Shown here piece by piece: positions 1 through 9,448 of a stretch of DNA of 50,066 nt. How positions within the stretch are numbered: the stretch's first letter is position 1; every line of letters starts with the position of its first letter. The position numbers were made by a program, and so were the translations under genes. The notes beneath the pieces were generated by a model. It worked only from the letters and a program-made list of their open reading frames with translations, did no database searches and had not been told where the DNA came from. Source of the stretch: an uncultured Thermococci archaeon (GTDB taxonomy: Archaea > Methanobacteriota_B > Thermococci > Thermococcales > CAYNOZ01). The DNA lies in the NCBI GenBank assembly GCA_964436705.1, contig CAYTEI010000003.1, positions 2,164-52,229 on the forward strand, written 5' to 3'.

Positions 1-297
1 GTACCGTTCTCTGCAGATAAAGATAAAAATATAGAGAAATTAAAAAATGAGATATTTGATTCTCTAGGATTAATAAAAGTAAGAACTAAAAAACCTAGAC
101 AGGATCCTGAATGGCCTCCTATACCGCTAGAAAAAGGATCTAAAGTCATAGACGTAGCAAGAGAAGTACATAAAGATATGAAAGAAAACTTTAGATACGC
201 TAAGATCTGGGGAAGTTCAGTGGATTTTGATGGACAAAGAGTAGGAAAAGATCATAAAATAGAAGAAGGGGATATAGTAGAATTCCACACAAGCTAA
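1..297 (+). CDS. 3' end of a DRG/OBG-family GTP-binding protein (TGS domain), truncated by the window edge
   Basis: Frame 1 reads ...GLIKVRTKKP...VIDVAREVHKDMKENFRYAKIWGSSVDFDGQRVGKDHKIEEGDIVEFHTS*, the typical DRG TGS C-terminus. Stop TAA at 295-297. Confidence 0.85.
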   Translation, partial: VPFSADKDKNIEKLKNEIFDSLGLIKVRTKKPRQDPEWPPIPLEKGSKVIDVAREVHKDMKENFRYAKIWGSSVDFDGQRVGKDHKIEEGDIVEFHTS

Positions 298-298
298 G

Positions 299-532
299 TT
301 ATCCCTCTACAGATATTAGAGTTGAGGTCATCTGTATAGAAGCTAACTCTCTAATCTTTTCAGTTATGAACTTATCCAATTCTCTTAGATTGTCTGCCTG
401 GACTTGAAGAATGATATCATATTCTCCATAAACTACGTAGCCTTCTTCTACTTCTGGTTTCTCCATTAAGTTATTAAGAATTTTACTTTCCTCTCCTGCC
501 CCAGTAACCAATAAAACGTAAGCAGTAACCAT
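299..532 (-). CDS. Stand-alone Lrp/AsnC ligand-binding (RAM) domain protein
   Basis: MVTAYVLL...VYGEYDIILQV...IRELASIQMTSTLI pattern with no HTH. ATG at 532 follows a GGTG-like RBS; the ORF could extend to 547. Confidence 0.85.
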   Translation of the reverse strand: MVTAYVLLVTGAGEESKILNNLMEKPEVEEGYVVYGEYDIILQVQADNLRELDKFITEKIRELASIQMTSTLISVEG

Positions 533-998
533 AACAACACCATCCATAATAGAATTTAAAGTTTTTAAAGTTAACGGAAACCAAATACCTAAACAAACAA
601 AGAATTAGAAAAAAACCATTTCCCCATAAATAAATATTATAAAAACCTTTCCTAAAAGAGAATAGACATGAAAATGGTTTCATCATTATTTCTTCACCCA
701 AAAACAGTTTAGAAGCTAATTTAATCTATAAGAACAGGAATCTCTCCGATTATTAATCAATATAAAATGTTAGTAAAAACTCTCATTTTATAAATAATAA
801 TTATCATATAAGGTTCTTACCACATTGAGAACGAATAGATCAAATAAATTCATAATAATTAACTAAATAGTGTATTATCACTCGGGATCCCATATCGAAG
901 GAAATTCGGAGTATATAAAATCCCAAGTCAATTTCTTTGAAGAAAGGATCCGTAATTATTAAATATAACAAGTTAATCATAGAATTATAGGTGAGAAC

Positions 999-3281
999 TT
1001 GAAGAGGATACTAGCTATTCTGATGGCCACTATGTTATTGGCGATAACAGCAACTGCCTCTGGGCCTGTAACAGCCCAAGATGACACTATGGAAGTAGTT
1101 TATGGACAATCCTCAATGTCCGAGGCAGCTGCCGTAAGAACTAATGACATAACCGTAAGAAATGATAAGATAGAGTTTACTGTAGGAGTAGACACAGCTG
1201 GAGCATACGGAATGCCTCCGGGAGTTATAGTTGACGCTGGTAGCTACAATGATGGAACATCAAACACTGGTGACATGGTAGCAACCCTAGGATTCGTAGC
1301 AGACAACTTCGGATCATGGGTAAACTACAAAGACATAGAAGTAACAACCAACACAGACGAAAAAATCGTAGTAACATCATCCGGCCACTGGCAAGGACAC
1401 GAAGACGTAGAAATAACAACAACATACACCCTAGGAGCAGGTGATAGACACATACAATTCGAAACCACTGTCGAAAACACAGGATCAGAAACCTACGAAA
1501 TGACAACTGGTTATGGAGTATCAATGAGCGGAATGCAAACCTACCTCCCAGGATACGGAGACGTAACATCAGGAATGTACTCACTACAAGATGCAGACCA
1601 ACTCCCACTTAACTGGGCAGGAGGATACAACAAAAACAAAGGAACCTACGCATTCTACTTCGAAGAAATGACCAATTTCACAGCATCAGACACATGGGTA
1701 GACCCATTCAAACCAATAACACTAGAACCAGGAGAATCAGACACACAAAAAGCTGACTTCTACCTCTGGGAAGAAAAAGACATGACCAAACCACTAAGCA
1801 AATACTACGAAATAAACGACATCTCAACAGGAAAAATCGAAGGCACAGTTGAAACAAGTAGCGGAGAAGCAGTAGAAAATCCATACGTAAATATAGAAAC
1901 AGGTGATGACTTATTAGCGACTATAGAAGGAGATGAAAACGGAGAATTCTCAGTAAACCTAGCCGAAGGAGATTACACAATAGATGCAGGACTTAAACCT
2001 TATTCTCAAAACGATGAAGTTGAAGTAACTACTAGTGAAGGAAGTACAAAAACTATTGATTATCAAGAAGTAGAAGATCCCGGAACACTATACCTCTCCA
2101 CAAAAACTCTTGGAGAAGAAAAACCAGCTCATGTAAACATATACAGCGATGGAATGTATAGAGACACAATATATACAGACTATGATGGAGAAGCCAAACT
2201 AGAACTACCACCTGGTGACTACAAACTAGAATTATCTTACGGAGACGACTACACATCCTACAGTGCACCAAGAAGCGTAACAATAGAATCTAATACTTGG
2301 ACTGTTGCAGGAGCAAACTTCTACAAACCATATGAACCAAACGAAATGAACTACTACGGAGGAGACATGCACCAACACTCTAACATACTAGATGGAACAA
2401 CACCACCAAAAGACCTAGTCAAATCATACATAGCAAGTGATCTAGACGTAACCACAGTAACAGACCATAACAAAGTAACAAACCATGAAATAATAAATGA
2501 AATTTCTAAAGAACAAAATATACCGTTCATACCAAGCGCAGAAGTAACAACTGAAAGTTGGGGACACTACAACGTATACCCACTCGATATGGGACAAGAA
2601 ACCCAATGGAAAGGACACCCATCCGAACTATTTGCAAGCGCTAGAAATAACGGAGCAGAATTCATACAAGTAAACCATCCAAACACAGGAGGAAGCTACT
2701 TCGACAGAACCGTAGAATCAACTGATGATGGACTAGAGGTTAGTGATGATTTCGTAGATACCTTCGATGCAATAGAAATAAACGGAGCATTTGGCGACGA
2801 CGATGCCAAAACTCTAAAACAGACCTACAAATTCTGGAACCAAGGTAAAAAATACACAACCACTGCTAACTCTGACTGCCATAACGTATGGCAAGAATGG
2901 GGAGGAACTGGAGCTCAAAGAACTTACGCATACGTAGAAGGAGAATTCACTGCAGATAAATATGTTTCAGCACTAGACAACCAGCATGCATTCTGGACAT
3001 ATGGACCACTAGTCTACATGGAAGCTAACGATGGTAAAATACCTGGTGAAACCGTATCAAGTGATAGCGTTGAAATAACAGCTGAGCTAAAAAGTACTGA
3101 TGGTCTTATGAATGCAGAACTAATCAAGAACGGTGAAGTAGTTAAAACATTTGATCTCTCAGGTAAAACTGATTCAATTTCTTACAGTGAAGATGTTGAT
3201 GGAGAAGGATGGTACGCTCTACAAGTATATGACAGTAACGAGAACAGAGCACATACCAATCCAATTTGGTACGAAGGATAA
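999..3281 (+). CDS. Secreted CehA/McbA-family (PHP-fold) metallohydrolase with N-terminal beta-rich and carboxypeptidase-regulatory-like domains
   Basis: Sec signal peptide; PHP metal motifs GDMHQHS..DG, TDHN, EVT..GH, NHP, NSDCH; C-terminal AHTNPIW; GGTGA RBS before the TTG. Confidence 0.75.
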   Translation: MKRILAILMATMLLAITATASGPVTAQDDTMEVVYGQSSMSEAAAVRTNDITVRNDKIEFTVGVDTAGAYGMPPGVIVDAGSYNDGTSNTGDMVATLGFVADNFGSWVNYKDIEVTTNTDEKIVVTSSGHWQGHEDVEITTTYTLGAGDRHIQFETTVENTGSETYEMTTGYGVSMSGMQTYLPGYGDVTSGMYSLQDADQLPLNWAGGYNKNKGTYAFYFEEMTNFTASDTWVDPFKPITLEPGESDTQKADFYLWEEKDMTKPLSKYYEINDISTGKIEGTVETSSGEAVENPYVNIETGDDLLATIEGDENGEFSVNLAEGDYTIDAGLKPYSQNDEVEVTTSEGSTKTIDYQEVEDPGTLYLSTKTLGEEKPAHVNIYSDGMYRDTIYTDYDGEAKLELPPGDYKLELSYGDDYTSYSAPRSVTIESNTWTVAGANFYKPYEPNEMNYYGGDMHQHSNILDGTTPPKDLVKSYIASDLDVTTVTDHNKVTNHEIINEISKEQNIPFIPSAEVTTESWGHYNVYPLDMGQETQWKGHPSELFASARNNGAEFIQVNHPNTGGSYFDRTVESTDDGLEVSDDFVDTFDAIEINGAFGDDDAKTLKQTYKFWNQGKKYTTTANSDCHNVWQEWGGTGAQRTYAYVEGEFTADKYVSALDNQHAFWTYGPLVYMEANDGKIPGETVSSDSVEITAELKSTDGLMNAELIKNGEVVKTFDLSGKTDSISYSEDVDGEGWYALQVYDSNENRAHTNPIWYEG

Positions 3282-3282
3282 T

Positions 3283-3320
3283 TTTAATTAATCCCTTTCT
3301 TTCTTTTCTCTTTGATTTCA
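3283..3320 (+). terminator. Pyrimidine/T-rich archaeal terminator between convergent genes
   Basis: CCCTTTCTTTCTTTTCTCTTTGATTTC just after the stop of 999..3281. Confidence 0.4.
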
Positions 3321-3356
3321 ATTTAATAAATAAAGAATTATGGATAAGAAACAGAA

Positions 3357-3911
3357 TTAGATTTTGTTATTCTTTTTTAACCAGTCTATAATCTTCGAGA
3401 CGCTTTGTTCTAATTCTTCTTCGTTAGTATTTACTTTTATTTCTGGGTTTTTTGGTTCTTCGTATGGGTCGTCGATTCCTGTGAAGTTGTCTATCTCTCC
3501 GTTTAGTGCTTGTTTGTAGAGGCCTTTTGGGTCTCTTTCTTTGCAAACTTCTAGTGGGCAGTGTACGTGTACGCATATGAAGTTGTCGATTATTTCTCTG
3601 ACCATGTTTCTTGTTTTTTCGTATGGAGAGATTAGTGATACTATAGGTATTACTCCGTGTTTGGCAAGCATTTGGGATACGTAAGCTGTTCTTCTTATGT
3701 GTCGGGTTCTTTCTTCTGCTGTGAATCCTGCGTCTGGGCTTATTGTTTGTCTTAGTTTGTCTCCGTCTAATCTTTCTGTATCGTAGTCCATGTTTCTTAA
3801 TTCTTTGTTTAGAGCTTTTGATATGGTGGTTTTTCCTGATCCGGATAGTCCGGTCATCCATATTACGAATCCTTGGTTGCCTATAGTTTTTGGATTTACA
3901 TTACATCCCAT
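3357..3911 (-). CDS. cysC: Adenylyl-sulfate (APS) kinase
   Basis: WMTGLSGSGKTT P-loop, LDGD, RDPKGLY, FTGIDDPYEEP. ATG at 3911 follows a GGTGA RBS; the ORF-track start at 4013 overlaps the upstream gene. Confidence 0.95.
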   Translation of the reverse strand: MGCNVNPKTIGNQGFVIWMTGLSGSGKTTISKALNKELRNMDYDTERLDGDKLRQTISPDAGFTAEERTRHIRRTAYVSQMLAKHGVIPIVSLISPYEKTRNMVREIIDNFICVHVHCPLEVCKERDPKGLYKQALNGEIDNFTGIDDPYEEPKNPEIKVNTNEEELEQSVSKIIDWLKKNNKI

Positions 3912-3915
3912 GATT

Positions 3916-4896
3916 TCACCTGGAGTCTTTTTCCAAATAATTTTCGATCCTAGAAAGAAACTCATCACGATCCTCTTTTGGGATAACGGATCCAATAACG
4001 TCTTTCTTCCCACCTAAAGACCATTTCTTCTTTAATTCCGAGATCAAAGGTCTAAGATCTTTTTCACTGGTTCTCACATAAATCTGATCTTTATCATCGA
4101 AAAAACCCTCATTTATCACTATAACAGTACGGTTCAGATTCCAAGCTAATTTTCTAGTAACTGAGGAAATAATATTGTAAGAAGAATCCATATATCTTAC
4201 CACGATCTCATCCGAATCACTATTTTCAATTTCCGTCCATCTCTTGATTTCTTTGTCTATTTCTTCTAAATTATTATTGAGTTTTTTATTGCTAAGAATA
4301 GTTTTGATCCCGTTTTTCAGGGAATTTTCAGCGATCTTCATTGATTTTTCAACTTCTGATCTTTTATTCATTTTATAGCTTGAATCAAGGAGATTCACTG
4401 TCTTTTCCAGATCTTCAAATGAAACATCATTTTCTTCAAGATATCCCTTTATCTCTGGGTAGGTTTTTTCATTGTCTTTTATTTGTTCTTCTCGATCTCC
4501 TATGGCGCCTAGAATTTTAAGTAGATCCGTTTCCCTCTTGAGTTTTTCTGATAGTACCCATGTGTTAGAGGGATACTTTTTAGGATTAGATCCGAGAGCA
4601 ACTGGATTATTGAACTCAAATTTGTCTAGATCGATCTTTTTAGATTCATGATGATCGAAAAAAGAAATATAAGAATCGATAGATTCTCTAATTTTTCTTA
4701 AATTTTTCCTGGAAAGATTTAAATCAACTATGTATACCTTTTCATGATCTTTAAGTCTCTGTATGTCTTTTTCACTTAGTTTATAGTTACCGATCTTTGG
4801 TGTGAAGTTTTCAACGTCTTCTTCATCGATCTTATCTTTTATTATTGCTGCTGAACATATCCCATCGGTGTCCCAGTGATGAACTATTGCTGTCAT
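3916..4896 (-). CDS. DHH-family phosphoesterase, putative pAp phosphatase
   Basis: HHWDTDG, VD, FDHH, GAIGD motifs and C-terminal GGK. Sits between sat and cysC. Confidence 0.75.
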   Translation of the reverse strand: MTAIVHHWDTDGICSAAIIKDKIDEEDVENFTPKIGNYKLSEKDIQRLKDHEKVYIVDLNLSRKNLRKIRESIDSYISFFDHHESKKIDLDKFEFNNPVALGSNPKKYPSNTWVLSEKLKRETDLLKILGAIGDREEQIKDNEKTYPEIKGYLEENDVSFEDLEKTVNLLDSSYKMNKRSEVEKSMKIAENSLKNGIKTILSNKKLNNNLEEIDKEIKRWTEIENSDSDEIVVRYMDSSYNIISSVTRKLAWNLNRTVIVINEGFFDDKDQIYVRTSEKDLRPLISELKKKWSLGGKKDVIGSVIPKEDRDEFLSRIENYLEKDSR

Positions 4897-4908
4897 TTGT
4901 ATTCACTC

Positions 4909-6033
4909 TTATACGAATGGTTTGTTATGTTCAAGCACTTTCTTGGAGACTTCATCTCTCATGAAGGTGTCTGATGGTTTATCGCCATCTCTTAGCATTC
5001 CTCTAATCTTTGTTCCGCTGAAAGTTGTTCTGTGATTTTCTCCATGTGGGCAGGTTTTTTCGTTGACTACTCCTCCGCATTTGTCGCAGTGGAAGAATGA
5101 TCTGAAGAAGAGTGGAGTTATTCCTAGGTCAGGGAATTCATCGAATATTCTGTGCGCCTCATAAGGATCATAGTAGTCTCCTACACCGGCATGATCTCTT
5201 CCAACGATGAAATGGGTACATCCAAAGTTCTTTCTTGCTATTGAATGGAATACGGCTTCTCTTGGTCCTGCGTACCTCATTTCTGTTCTGAAGATTGATA
5301 GTGTGGCTGTATCTTTCACATAGTAATTATTCATTAATTCGTTGTAGGCGTCTATTATTACTTCGTCTCTGAAGTCTCCTTCTTTCTTTTTACCTATGAC
5401 CGGGTTAACGAATATTCCATCGACGAAGGCGAGTGCGGTCTTTTGTACGTATTCATGTCCTTTGTGTGGTGCGTTTCTTGTTTGGAATCCGGCAACAGTC
5501 TCCCAGTCCTTTTCTTTAAATAGTACTCTGGTCTCTTTAGGCCATAAAGTATATTCCTTAAAGGAATTATCTCGATCTCTTACTAGGTCAATTTCACCTG
5601 CAACCAGAACATCATCCATTTCGTATGTTTTTTCAACTCCTGGGTGCTGGGTGTCTGTGGTTCCGTATACTTTTTTCGCCATTTCCTCTTTGTCGAATTC
5701 GTATTTCTCTTCAACATGCATTATTGCTAAGGGATCATTATGGGTTAGTGATATGTCGTCTCCAACACTGAATTCTCTTGATTTTTCTTTTGATACGTCA
5801 AGTATGATGGGTACTGTCCAGGGTACATCGTTGGAAAGCCTCATTCTATTCAGTACACTTTCGAAGTTATTTCTTGTCATGAAGCCTTCTAATGGGCTGA
5901 AAACTCCGTGTGCTATGTTTTCAATGTCTTTGGTTTTTTCCTGGTTTACTGCTACTTGTATTAGTTCTTCTGCTTCATCTTTTCGATCTTTTGCAATTCT
6001 TTCAACTAGGTTGCCGCCATGAACTCGAGCCAT
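4909..6033 (-). CDS. sat: Sulfate adenylyltransferase (ATP sulfurylase)
   Basis: FSPLEGFM, FQTRNAPHKGHE, YAGPREA, GRDHAGVG and SGTKIR motifs. Confidence 0.97.
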   Translation of the reverse strand: MARVHGGNLVERIAKDRKDEAEELIQVAVNQEKTKDIENIAHGVFSPLEGFMTRNNFESVLNRMRLSNDVPWTVPIILDVSKEKSREFSVGDDISLTHNDPLAIMHVEEKYEFDKEEMAKKVYGTTDTQHPGVEKTYEMDDVLVAGEIDLVRDRDNSFKEYTLWPKETRVLFKEKDWETVAGFQTRNAPHKGHEYVQKTALAFVDGIFVNPVIGKKKEGDFRDEVIIDAYNELMNNYYVKDTATLSIFRTEMRYAGPREAVFHSIARKNFGCTHFIVGRDHAGVGDYYDPYEAHRIFDEFPDLGITPLFFRSFFHCDKCGGVVNEKTCPHGENHRTTFSGTKIRGMLRDGDKPSDTFMRDEVSKKVLEHNKPFV

Positions 6034-6068
6034 ATTATCATTTTCAGTTAGATAATTATTTTGTAATT

Positions 6069-6287
6069 TTAGTCTAGGTATCCTAATGATCTTAGTCTGT
6101 CTTTTACTTTTTCTTCATCTTCTTCTGAGAAGGGTTCTTCATCTTCCTCTTCTGAGACTATTTCTCTGAGTACGTATGCTACGTAGCTAGAGACGGAAGT
6201 AAATCCTGTTCCTTCGACTCTGTCTTTTATCTTGTTAAATAGTGGTTTTGGTATAGAGACCGTTGTAAATTCTTTATCTTCTGACAT
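6069..6287 (-). CDS. CopG/ribbon-helix-helix protein with acidic 'RLRSLGY' C-terminal tail
   Basis: TTVSIPKPLFNKIK...SVSSYVAYVLRE RHH pattern; GGAGG RBS; first gene of the sat operon. Confidence 0.8.
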   Translation of the reverse strand: MSEDKEFTTVSIPKPLFNKIKDRVEGTGFTSVSSYVAYVLREIVSEEEDEEPFSEEDEEKVKDRLRSLGYLD

Positions 6288-6649
6288 AGTCTATCCTCCA
6301 GTTTTTAATTAAATATAATTAAACATCTTTAAAAAACTTTTCCCACACCCTAAAAACCCCCACACTCCAGAAATGAAGAATGAGTCCTCCTACCTACTTA
6401 AGATGATTACTAATAAATCGAGAGAAATAAGATCGGTAATAAAATTATTTAAAGCTAACAAAATTCGTAAAGTCAAGTTTTTGGATATCTTTCTATTTTC
6501 ATTTAAGAACATATCAGTAGGATTACCTTGTTTTGGTATAATTCTGGAAGGTTTTATGATAGTTGTATCCATAGGTTTTAATCACATATTGGTGAGTAAA
6601 ATTTTTAAATGACATCTACTACCAATAAAAGGAGATTAGGTGAACCTTA

Positions 6650-7525
6650 ATGAAACGAGAAATTATAGAAATAGATAAAGAAAAATGCAATGGTTGCGGT
6701 GAATGTGTACCAGCTTGTCCAGAAGGAGCTATTCAAATAATAGACGGAAAAGCCAGACTAGTAAACGAATCATTCTGTGATGGATTGGGAGCCTGTATTG
6801 GGGACTGTCCTAAAGACGCAATCCAAATAGAAGAAAGAGAAGCTGAACCTTACGATGAAAAAGCGGTAGTTGACCGGATGATTGACCAAGGAAAAAATGT
6901 ACTAAAGGCACACTTGGAGCATTTAAAAGAACATGGAGAAAAAGACTTACTCAAAGAAGCTATAAACCATCTAAAGAATCAAAATGAAGAGATACCTTTG
7001 AATTTGGAATCAAAGGGTAGAGAAAAAAGGTGTAGTGATCAAGGTCATTCTCACGGTGGAGGATGTCCTTCAGCGCAGTCGAAACAATGGGGGGAAAGTA
7101 GTCGGTCAAACCAACAAGTTCATGGATCATCATCTGATAGTCAGAAAATTCCTTCTGAGCTTAATCAGTGGCCGGTTCAATTGGAATTAGTATCTCCGAA
7201 TGCTTCATTTCTAAATAATTCAGATCTTTTAATAGCTGCTGATTGTGTTCCTTTCGCCTACGCTAACTTCCATCAAGATCTTCTAAAAGGAAATTCAGTG
7301 ATTATGGGTTGCCCTAAATTGGATGATCCTGAACATTATGTAAATAAATTAGCGAAGATTTTCGAAAATGCCAATATTAATAGTATAACGGTAGCCCATA
7401 TGGAAGTCCCATGCTGTTTCGGACTAAAAAAGATAGTTAACCAAGCAATGCAGAAATCAGGTAACCAAATACCAGTAGAAGATATTACAATAACCATAAA
7501 AGGAAAGAAAGAAACTAAAAATTAA
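6650..7525 (+). CDS. 4Fe-4S dicluster domain iron-sulfur protein
   Basis: CNGCGECVPACPEGAI and CDGLGACIGDCP, plus the conserved QWPVQL, ADC, GCPKLD and MEVPCC motifs. Confidence 0.85.
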   Translation: MKREIIEIDKEKCNGCGECVPACPEGAIQIIDGKARLVNESFCDGLGACIGDCPKDAIQIEEREAEPYDEKAVVDRMIDQGKNVLKAHLEHLKEHGEKDLLKEAINHLKNQNEEIPLNLESKGREKRCSDQGHSHGGGCPSAQSKQWGESSRSNQQVHGSSSDSQKIPSELNQWPVQLELVSPNASFLNNSDLLIAADCVPFAYANFHQDLLKGNSVIMGCPKLDDPEHYVNKLAKIFENANINSITVAHMEVPCCFGLKKIVNQAMQKSGNQIPVEDITITIKGKKETKN

Positions 7526-9291
7526 TTTTCTTCTCCATCCGATTCTTTATCATTATCTTTCAGTTCATCTATCTTTTCTTCATCTGGTAAAGGTTTCCAA
7601 TCTCTTTCATCATATCTCTCTGTGTTTTCAAATTCTTCTTCTGTTTCTACTGCCCTTATTGTAGAAGAAAGCATTTGATCTTTGGATTCGTATATATTGG
7701 TTTCACCAATTTTCTCTTTAATATTTAACTGTTTTAAATCCTCATATAGTTCTTTACTAATTCCGGTAAGTATAACCTTCCCTTCACTCTCCTTAACTCT
7801 TTCTATAAATTTGTCTAATTCTTTTAGAGAAGTAAGATCAATCCTTTCTATGTTTCTCATCCTAATAATAAAAGTTCCATCATCTTCATATATTTTATTA
7901 AATTCTTCTTTAAGATTATCTGAGGCACTGAAATCAAGGTCCCCGCTTAAGTCAATTATCTTGTAATCATCATTCTCTCTTTCATCCGGCTCTTTGCGAT
8001 GAAGTTTAATCTGCGCGTTTTTATCATAGATCATGTGATGAATATCTACTCTACTGCTTTGCCTTATCACTACTAACAAAGAAATGAGTACTCCTAAATA
8101 AACTGCATACTCCAATCTAGGAGCTGAAAGTGTTGTAATAAAGGTAACTAGAAAGATAAGAGCGTCACTTCTTTTAGCTCTAAATATCTCTTTAATTTCA
8201 TCTAGATCTATCATTTGATACGCTACAAAAATAACTAGGCCTGAAAGACTCGATATAGGTATATTTCTTATTAATGAATTAAAAACTAATATGAATAGTA
8301 TTATGGAGAGAGCTGTAAAGAATTGTGATAATCTGGTTTCATTACCTGTTTGATAATTGGCATATGAATTGGTAAAAGATCCTGATATAGTGAAACCACT
8401 AAAGAATGAGGTTCCGATGTTAATTATTCCCTGCCCCATGAATTCACGATTAATATTTACTTCTTGCCCAGACTTAGTCTCTAAAGATTTAACTATAGCT
8501 AAACACTGAATTAAACCAATAATAGCTACTGAAAGAGATTTAGTAAATATTCTCCTTCCTAAACCAAAATCTAGATTAACTAAACTGAATTCAGGCAAAG
8601 AAGCAGGAACATTACCAACAATAGACAAACCACTTGAAAGACCAAGCGAATAAACAAGAATTGCAGAAACAAAAATAGAAATCAAATAAGAAGGCAATTC
8701 AGGTTTTATTTTTTCAAACCAGATAATCATCACAATAGTTCCTAATCCCATCGCCAGTGCCAAAAGATTAAGACCATTAATATTCTGGATGATAAGATAA
8801 ATTTCGGAAAAAAGATTTGAAGATCTAGCAAGACTTAGACCTAAAAAGTTTTCCAATTGCCCAACTGAAATTAAAATAGCTGCTCCGGCAGTAAGACCGG
8901 TAATAACAGGTTTAGAAATATAATTAACTAGATTTCCTAATCTTAGTAAACCAAATAATAACTGGAATACTCCAACCATGAAGGTCAGTAATATAACGAT
9001 CTGCAGATAGGAAAACCCCCCCGAAGATACAGAACTTAAATTACTGGCAATAGCCATAGACATAAGATTAGTAGGGCCAACCACCATATAATCAGAATCT
9101 CCAACGAAAGTAGCGATTATCATTGAGACAATTGAAGTATATAAACCATATATCGGATTAACACCAGCTATCAAGGCATATGCCATGTTTTGAGGTAATG
9201 CAATAGATGCTACCGATAAACCGGAGAAAAGATCTGACTGTAAAGAATCTGTACCGTAACTGAAATCTTTTAAAGCTTTAATTTGTTTCAT
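7522..9291 (-). CDS. SulP/SLC26-family anion permease with STAS domain
   Basis: ALPQNMAYALIAGVNPIYGLY, GPT, NREFMGQG motifs, many TM helices, and a STAS domain (LDFSA...IDLTS). Confidence 0.93.
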   Translation of the reverse strand: MKQIKALKDFSYGTDSLQSDLFSGLSVASIALPQNMAYALIAGVNPIYGLYTSIVSMIIATFVGDSDYMVVGPTNLMSMAIASNLSSVSSGGFSYLQIVILLTFMVGVFQLLFGLLRLGNLVNYISKPVITGLTAGAAILISVGQLENFLGLSLARSSNLFSEIYLIIQNINGLNLLALAMGLGTIVMIIWFEKIKPELPSYLISIFVSAILVYSLGLSSGLSIVGNVPASLPEFSLVNLDFGLGRRIFTKSLSVAIIGLIQCLAIVKSLETKSGQEVNINREFMGQGIINIGTSFFSGFTISGSFTNSYANYQTGNETRLSQFFTALSIILFILVFNSLIRNIPISSLSGLVIFVAYQMIDLDEIKEIFRAKRSDALIFLVTFITTLSAPRLEYAVYLGVLISLLVVIRQSSRVDIHHMIYDKNAQIKLHRKEPDERENDDYKIIDLSGDLDFSASDNLKEEFNKIYEDDGTFIIRMRNIERIDLTSLKELDKFIERVKESEGKVILTGISKELYEDLKQLNIKEKIGETNIYESKDQMLSSTIRAVETEEEFENTERYDERDWKPLPDEEKIDELKDNDKESDGEEN

Positions 9292-9448
9292 GTTTTCAAA
9301 TTAGTCATTTTTGTTCTTTTGAGATCTCCATTTCGTCTTATCTAACCACCCAAAGTTGGCAGTTACTTATAAATGTTTTGGTTTTGATAGGTAGATGATA
9401 CGGGAAAGAATTTATTAAATAAACAACGATTTTTAGTGAGGTGCGAGA

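Noticed and set aside
483-701. 72-aa ORF
   Set aside because: It overlaps the Lrp gene and its promoter and is a Phe/Tyr-rich translation of AT-rich DNA.
3424-3861. 145-aa Arg/Lys-rich alternative-frame ORF
   Set aside because: It lies within cysC and is a by-product of the A/C-rich codon tract that depletes stop codons.
5396-6022. Long antisense ORFs (also 14800-15306, 18237-18860, 46386-46808 and others)
   Set aside because: They are Ser/Phe-rich mirror frames of well-supported genes and carry no motifs.
4909-6033. Dissimilatory sulfate reduction
   Set aside because: sat is linked to cysC rather than aprAB, qmo or dsr.
6373-6612. Short opposing ORFs of 79 and 60 aa in the intergenic region
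   Set aside because: No recognisable motif or clear RBS, and the composition is unlike host proteins.
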